DNA of 64,000 nucleotides from a virus: positions 96,001-160,000 of IMG/VR virus record IMGVR_UViG_3300033148_006964. One strand, given 5' to 3'. Both the position numbers and the translations under genes were made by a program. Each line of letters opens with the position of its first letter. Positions within the stretch are counted from its first letter, which is position 1. Of the stretch, positions 59,832 to 64,000 are shown in pieces. Below the pieces are notes generated by a model. That model had not been told where the DNA came from and searched no databases. It saw nothing but the letters and a program-made list of their open reading frames with translations.

Positions 59832-60053
59832 TTAATTTCCTGCTCTTTTAGCAGCTCTTCTTTTTCCTCTTAGCGTTACTGGGCGATCAGGCAACAACCC
59901 TCCAGGGGGATAGTTATCAGCTCTTGGAACATCAGATTTTATTATTTCAGATTGTCGATCCTGACGAGCTAATTTTTTTATTATAGGTGTAATGAGTTTT
60001 TCTAACCTTATTGACAACTTTTTAGTCTTCTCATCTTTTAATGCGGTTTTCAT
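59832..60053 (-). CDS. possible ribbon-helix-helix DNA-binding protein
   Basis: KKLSIRLEKLITPIIKKLARQDRQS resembles the Arc/CopG pattern. Confidence 0.35.
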   Translation of the reverse strand: MKTALKDEKTKKLSIRLEKLITPIIKKLARQDRQSEIIKSDVPRADNYPPGGLLPDRPVTLRGKRRAAKRAGN

Positions 60054-60080
60054 TACATATCTCCTTTTGATATTATTGGT

Positions 60081-60467
60081 TTAAGATTTTTTTGATTTCC
60101 TCATTGCCCTTGTTTCACAATGTCTTAGTATAGATCTGAGTTTTTTTAATACTTTTCGATGAAGATTAGTAAAACTACCGTTTTCATAAGTTTTTTTATA
60201 TGATTTAAGCATTTCAAGATAACCTATTTTATTACAGTATTCGTGGCCAGAACGTCCTATAGCACAACGTTTATGACAGATAGTAGAGTCTGAATTATAA
60301 TCATCAAACTCAGAGACTAAACAGCAATCACAGTAGTTTGGGCCAATCTTTACTTTTTTAACTTTCCCAGAATCTAATAATATTTGATCGTCTTCATAAT
60401 GTTTGATGCTTTTCTGAAGAGCCTTATACATCTTTTGAGATACTAATGTCATTTTCGTTTTAGCCAT
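60081..60467 (-). CDS. Cys-rich paralog family B member
   Basis: ALQKSIKHY...CDCC...CHKRC.IG...HRKVLKKLRSILRHCE. Confidence 0.75.
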   Translation of the reverse strand: MAKTKMTLVSQKMYKALQKSIKHYEDDQILLDSGKVKKVKIGPNYCDCCLVSEFDDYNSDSTICHKRCAIGRSGHEYCNKIGYLEMLKSYKKTYENGSFTNLHRKVLKKLRSILRHCETRAMRKSKKS

Positions 60468-60472
60468 AATTT

Positions 60473-60919
60473 TTATTTTGCTTTCCGAGCAGTTCTCATA
60501 GCCCTTGTTTCACAATGTCTTAGTATAGATCTGAGTTTTTTTAATACTTTTCGATGTAACTCAGGAAATTTATTAATACAGTTACTCTGAGTGAGTTTTG
60601 ATTTTCTCATCTCGTCATAACCTATTTCAAGGCAACCTTCGTGGTTAGAACGTCCTATTGCGCAATATTTACGACAGTGCCAGATTCTTCTATGATTAAT
60701 ATTAGTTAGGCTTTTTACTAATTGGCAACAGGCACAATAGCCCATTCCAACTAGAACAGTTTTAACTTTTCCAGAATCAAGCAACTTTTGATCTTCTTTA
60801 TAATGTTTAATGCTTTTCTGAAGAGCTTTATACATTTTTTGGGTTACTAATGTCATTTTTGTTTTAGGCATGTAATATTCCTTTTTTATAGTGTATGAAG
60901 TAATAATAGGGATGCACAT
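60473..60919 (-). CDS. Cys-rich paralog family B member (tandem duplicate)
   Basis: Near-identical termini to 60081..60467 at DNA level; probable start MPKTKM. Confidence 0.75.
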   Translation of the reverse strand: MCIPIITSYTIKKEYYMPKTKMTLVTQKMYKALQKSIKHYKEDQKLLDSGKVKTVLVGMGYCACCQLVKSLTNINHRRIWHCRKYCAIGRSNHEGCLEIGYDEMRKSKLTQSNCINKFPELHRKVLKKLRSILRHCETRAMRTARKAK

Positions 60920-61070
60920 GTAGACACGTCATGAATAGTCAATGTTCCGTAAACAAGAAGCTATCCTGTCTCGCCACCCCCATTATCACATAATTATTAA
61001 TAAAACTTTACTTCTAATTCAAAATTATAGCTACTACTATTGCCAACACATTATCCTCCAATCTAAGTGT

Positions 61071-61655
61071 TTAGGTAGTTAAGGATAATTTGTCTAATTC
61101 GTTTAACACCTTTAATTCGTCTGGCATTCTTGGTATTATCGATTCTGTTTCTTCTCTTGATATTATTCTTAAGCTTCCGCTTCTGTTATGAATAAAAGTG
61201 CTTTTTTCTCCACGATTTATTTTAATTATAGTTAGTGGCTCCATAATAACCAGATCGTCATACCATTTATAATTTTCGTTATTAATTACATCACATCCAT
61301 TAGCTCTTACTTCGCAGGTTGCTTGTCCATGAATTGTATGCCAATATCCATGAGCAGGTATTGGTGACGATGTATTAATTCTTACTAATACATTTCCAAT
61401 ATTTATATTTGGTTTAGCTAATGATGTGTAATTAAATAGTTCAGCGTTATTTTTATCTTTTACTATGTTATTACGAGGATACGCAAATTTTATACTTTTA
61501 TTAACAACTTTAGCAGGATTGTATTTATCCAATAAGACTTTTTTTTGACGACCTTTATGACCATTTTGACCTAGAAATAATATTAATCCATCATTATCCT
61601 TTAATAGATCAATTCCTTCTTTTATTTCATCGTGGGCAATGGTGTACGTTTTCAT
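61071..61655 (-). CDS. hypothetical protein
   Basis: 194-aa ORF, AGGAG RBS. Confidence 0.7.
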   Translation of the reverse strand: MKTYTIAHDEIKEGIDLLKDNDGLILFLGQNGHKGRQKKVLLDKYNPAKVVNKSIKFAYPRNNIVKDKNNAELFNYTSLAKPNINIGNVLVRINTSSPIPAHGYWHTIHGQATCEVRANGCDVINNENYKWYDDLVIMEPLTIIKINRGEKSTFIHNRSGSLRIISREETESIIPRMPDELKVLNELDKLSLTT

Positions 61656-61701
61656 AATATGCTCCTTTTAAATTAATTAAAATATTAAAATCTACATAAT
61701 A

Positions 61702-61730
61702 GTTATTCCATGATTAGTATAATTATAACA
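61702..61730 (-). promoter_or_regulatory. phage promoter motif copy 9
   Basis: TGTTAT-N17-AATAAC-TATTATGTAGAT, part of a ~50-bp duplication with copy 10. Confidence 0.7.
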
Positions 61731-61815
61731 AGAGCGTGTGATAGATAAAAAAAAGCAACAGGTAGTTGCTTTTTCTTGCGGTGTATCAGTAGGTTTTTTT
61801 GATAATACTAAATAA

Positions 61816-63114
61816 TTAATCTTTTATTAATCGAACCGAATGTCCACGTTTTCTATTATGTCTACCCAGGGTTAAAGCATTATGCTCAAATCTTAATCCT
61901 CGGGAACTATAAACAGGATATGGGTCAATAGTATTATCAGATGTCCACCAGTAACATTCTTCACGTTGACCTATAAAAGGTCCATAATATGTACGATAAC
62001 CACATGGGACAGCTGAAAACCCACTACTATTATTTAGTGATGGATTATAACCTGGTGTACCTTCATAAGACGATAAATCCCACCCATATTCTATGGCAAG
62101 AGATTGCGCCATTCTGTTATATATTGTTGTTCCGTCATAGTTGTAACCGTTAGTCATTAAATATTCTTCCAATTCTGTCCATTCAGCGATTGTTGGTACG
62201 TGCCATCCAATTGGAGCAAGTTTACTTGTATTTACAACATACCAGTTATATAATACCGAATTTTGTTTCAAGCGTCTTCCTGCATCTGAAGAAGGATTAG
62301 TATCGTTATCATAAAAACAGTAGGCGCCATCATGTGTTCGTGATGTCTGTTCCCACCATAACGAATCATTAGTAATATAAGGTATAGGAGTGCCATCGTT
62401 ATAATGTGTTACGCGAAGATTTTCTACACTCCATTCTTGATTACCTATAACAATTGTTTTGTATATATTACTATCAATATCAATAAGTCGTGGAATGATT
62501 GATAATACAATTTTTATATATTGATTATATGAATAAAGAGCAATTTTTTTTGGTTTATAATTAGTAGCTTCAACTCTAAGAGTGTCAATAGCATCAATCA
62601 TTTTTTTTGATAAATGTTTTATATTAGTATTATTACTGATTTGAAAAACGTTATTTAAAATATTTGTTTTAAACGCATAAGATTGACTACCAATTTTTAT
62701 ACAAACAATATATATACCATTTGCAATATCAGTAAATATTGGTATATGATGAGTCCCTGTTTGTAAGTTTAAAATATCAACGCTTAAGACTTTAATGCCT
62801 TGAACATTATATGTTTTAATTGAAACACATTCTTTTTTATCAATTGTTATTACCGCAATATTTTTATCTATTTTGATAATATGTTTTGGTAAAAGTTCTT
62901 TTTGTGTTTCAATAATCGTTATATAATCAATGATCTCAAAATAACCGACTTCATTAGTCGTATCAGAGAATGGTCCTTGATCGAGACTAATATATGCATT
63001 TTGAATAGGTAAATCTGTATCTTCTGCTATGACATTACCAGTAAGCGTAACATGTGTTGACTGTGCTGCATATACTAATAATAATATAAGTATTTTAGTA
63101 AGAATTGTTTTCAC
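61816..63114 (-). CDS. secreted FISUMP (Fibrobacter succinogenes major paralogous) domain protein
   Basis: Signal peptide; carboxypeptidase-regulatory-like N-term; IDIDSNIYKTIVIGNQEWSVENL, LYNWY, LAPIGWHVPT..EW, GHSVRLIKD. Confidence 0.88.
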   Translation of the reverse strand: MKTILTKILILLLVYAAQSTHVTLTGNVIAEDTDLPIQNAYISLDQGPFSDTTNEVGYFEIIDYITIIETQKELLPKHIIKIDKNIAVITIDKKECVSIKTYNVQGIKVLSVDILNLQTGTHHIPIFTDIANGIYIVCIKIGSQSYAFKTNILNNVFQISNNTNIKHLSKKMIDAIDTLRVEATNYKPKKIALYSYNQYIKIVLSIIPRLIDIDSNIYKTIVIGNQEWSVENLRVTHYNDGTPIPYITNDSLWWEQTSRTHDGAYCFYDNDTNPSSDAGRRLKQNSVLYNWYVVNTSKLAPIGWHVPTIAEWTELEEYLMTNGYNYDGTTIYNRMAQSLAIEYGWDLSSYEGTPGYNPSLNNSSGFSAVPCGYRTYYGPFIGQREECYWWTSDNTIDPYPVYSSRGLRFEHNALTLGRHNRKRGHSVRLIKD

Positions 63115-63163
63115 AATATTCTCCTTTAAGTTATTAATTGGAATTATTAAAATCTACATAATA

Positions 63164-63192
63164 GTTATTCCATGATTGGTATGATTATAACA
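63164..63192 (-). promoter_or_regulatory. phage promoter motif copy 10
   Basis: TGTTAT-N17-AATAAC-TATTATGTAGAT. Confidence 0.7.
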
Positions 63193-63240
63193 AGAATATA
63201 CGATAGATAAAAAAAATAGATATTTTTTTGTTAAAATAAA

Positions 63241-63312
63241 AGTGGTGAGAGAGGTTAATCAAGTCTCTTTTAACCATAAGCTCTATTAGCTTAGGTCCTA
63301 GAACTCACCACT
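63241..63312. ncRNA. small three-way-junction hairpin element
   Basis: AGTGGTGAG/CTCACCACT encloses GGTTAA/TTAACC and TAAGCT/AGCTTA. Confidence 0.35.
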
Positions 63313-63337
63313 AAAATATTGTTAAAGGTTAATTTTT

Positions 63338-63934
63338 TTAAATTTCCATATCATCAATTAGTCTTGATAGCTCATCAGGATCAGGAATAGTATCTCTGAA
63401 AGTTTCCAGGTCCTCGGGGTTGTGACCTAAATCTCTCCAGATATCAGCTCCCAAACTTAATCTTTTTTCGGCAGACTTTAGTTGTCCAGGAACGATAGAC
63501 ATATAATTAATTGCATCGCCCTCATTCATGCCTTCTCGAATTATAAAATGGGTACTTGGAGAACATAGAATATGTTTATGTTCATTTGGTTCAATTCCAT
63601 TAAATGATTCCTTTAGAGCATATAATGGCGCAGGAGTTGCTTTTCTTTCACGGTCAGTTGTAATAATGTTTTGGCTATAGAAGTCATTTCTTTCTCTTCT
63701 ATTTCCAATGTTAGTCATTCTGACCAGATTTCTTATAACCATTTTATTGTATGTTCTTTCTACAAGAAAAAACAAAGCAAACCCACCGTCGAAATTAGAT
63801 AGTAGTTCCATATGCTGTTGGCTGGTACGTCTTGGGAACCGTCTTACATTGCCTGCAAATTTGTTCATGACATTAGGACGTATTAAATTCCTATAATCAT
63901 ATAATAATCGTATATCTGAAGCTGATGTGTTCAT
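63338..63934 (-). CDS. hypothetical protein
   Basis: 198-aa ORF, GGAGG RBS. Confidence 0.7.
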   Translation of the reverse strand: MNTSASDIRLLYDYRNLIRPNVMNKFAGNVRRFPRRTSQQHMELLSNFDGGFALFFLVERTYNKMVIRNLVRMTNIGNRRERNDFYSQNIITTDRERKATPAPLYALKESFNGIEPNEHKHILCSPSTHFIIREGMNEGDAINYMSIVPGQLKSAEKRLSLGADIWRDLGHNPEDLETFRDTIPDPDELSRLIDDMEI

Positions 63935-64000
63935 GAAATTTCCTCCATTATTGGTTTGATGGAATAACTTTTTACACCACGAGGAAGCCGTGTAAAAATA

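Noticed and set aside
993-63896. Numerous plus-strand ORFs in the ORF track (other than tnpA/tnpB)
   Set aside because: Antisense shadows of minus-strand genes, Phe/Leu/Ile/Ser-rich, without RBS or domains
63950-63975. Plus-strand ATGGAATAACT resembling the promoter -10 block
   Set aside because: No GTTAT element 17 nt upstream, and the window ends before any downstream gene can be seen
1-64000. Stop-codon reassignment, as seen in some large phages
   Set aside because: Recognisable enzymes are full length under the standard code and coding density is high

Overview
The window is an AT-rich (roughly 27-30% GC by eye) segment of a large lytic (jumbo-type) bacteriophage genome. Almost all phage genes lie on the minus strand; the only convincing plus-strand genes belong to two IS200/IS605-family elements. 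From left to right: (i) a replication/recombination module (RRM RNA-binding protein, SNF2 helicase, DEDDh+PD-(D/E)XK dual nuclease, Gp3-like recombination protein, SSB-like protein, primase-MCM helicase fusion); (ii) a metabolic and counter-defence region (pncA-pncB, kdsA, kdsB, tRNA-Gln, degenerate Tad1-like sponge, lytic transglycosylase, ACP, PNK-type phosphatase, truncated NrdR, RtcB, Lar-like); (iii) an origin-like locus near 44.1-44.5 kb; (iv) many small early-type genes with several paralog expansions and a FISUMP-domain surface protein that hints at a Fibrobacterota/Bacteroidota host. The non-coding layer stands out most. It includes a ~650-nt ORF-free multi-hairpin element with a kissing-loop junction (8.05-8.72 kb), about a dozen other structured intergenic RNA candidates, a 17-nt G-UUU-C hairpin repeated six times, and a ten-copy promoter motif (NGTTAT-N17-NATWAY). 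All calls come from reading motifs by eye; no database searches were run.
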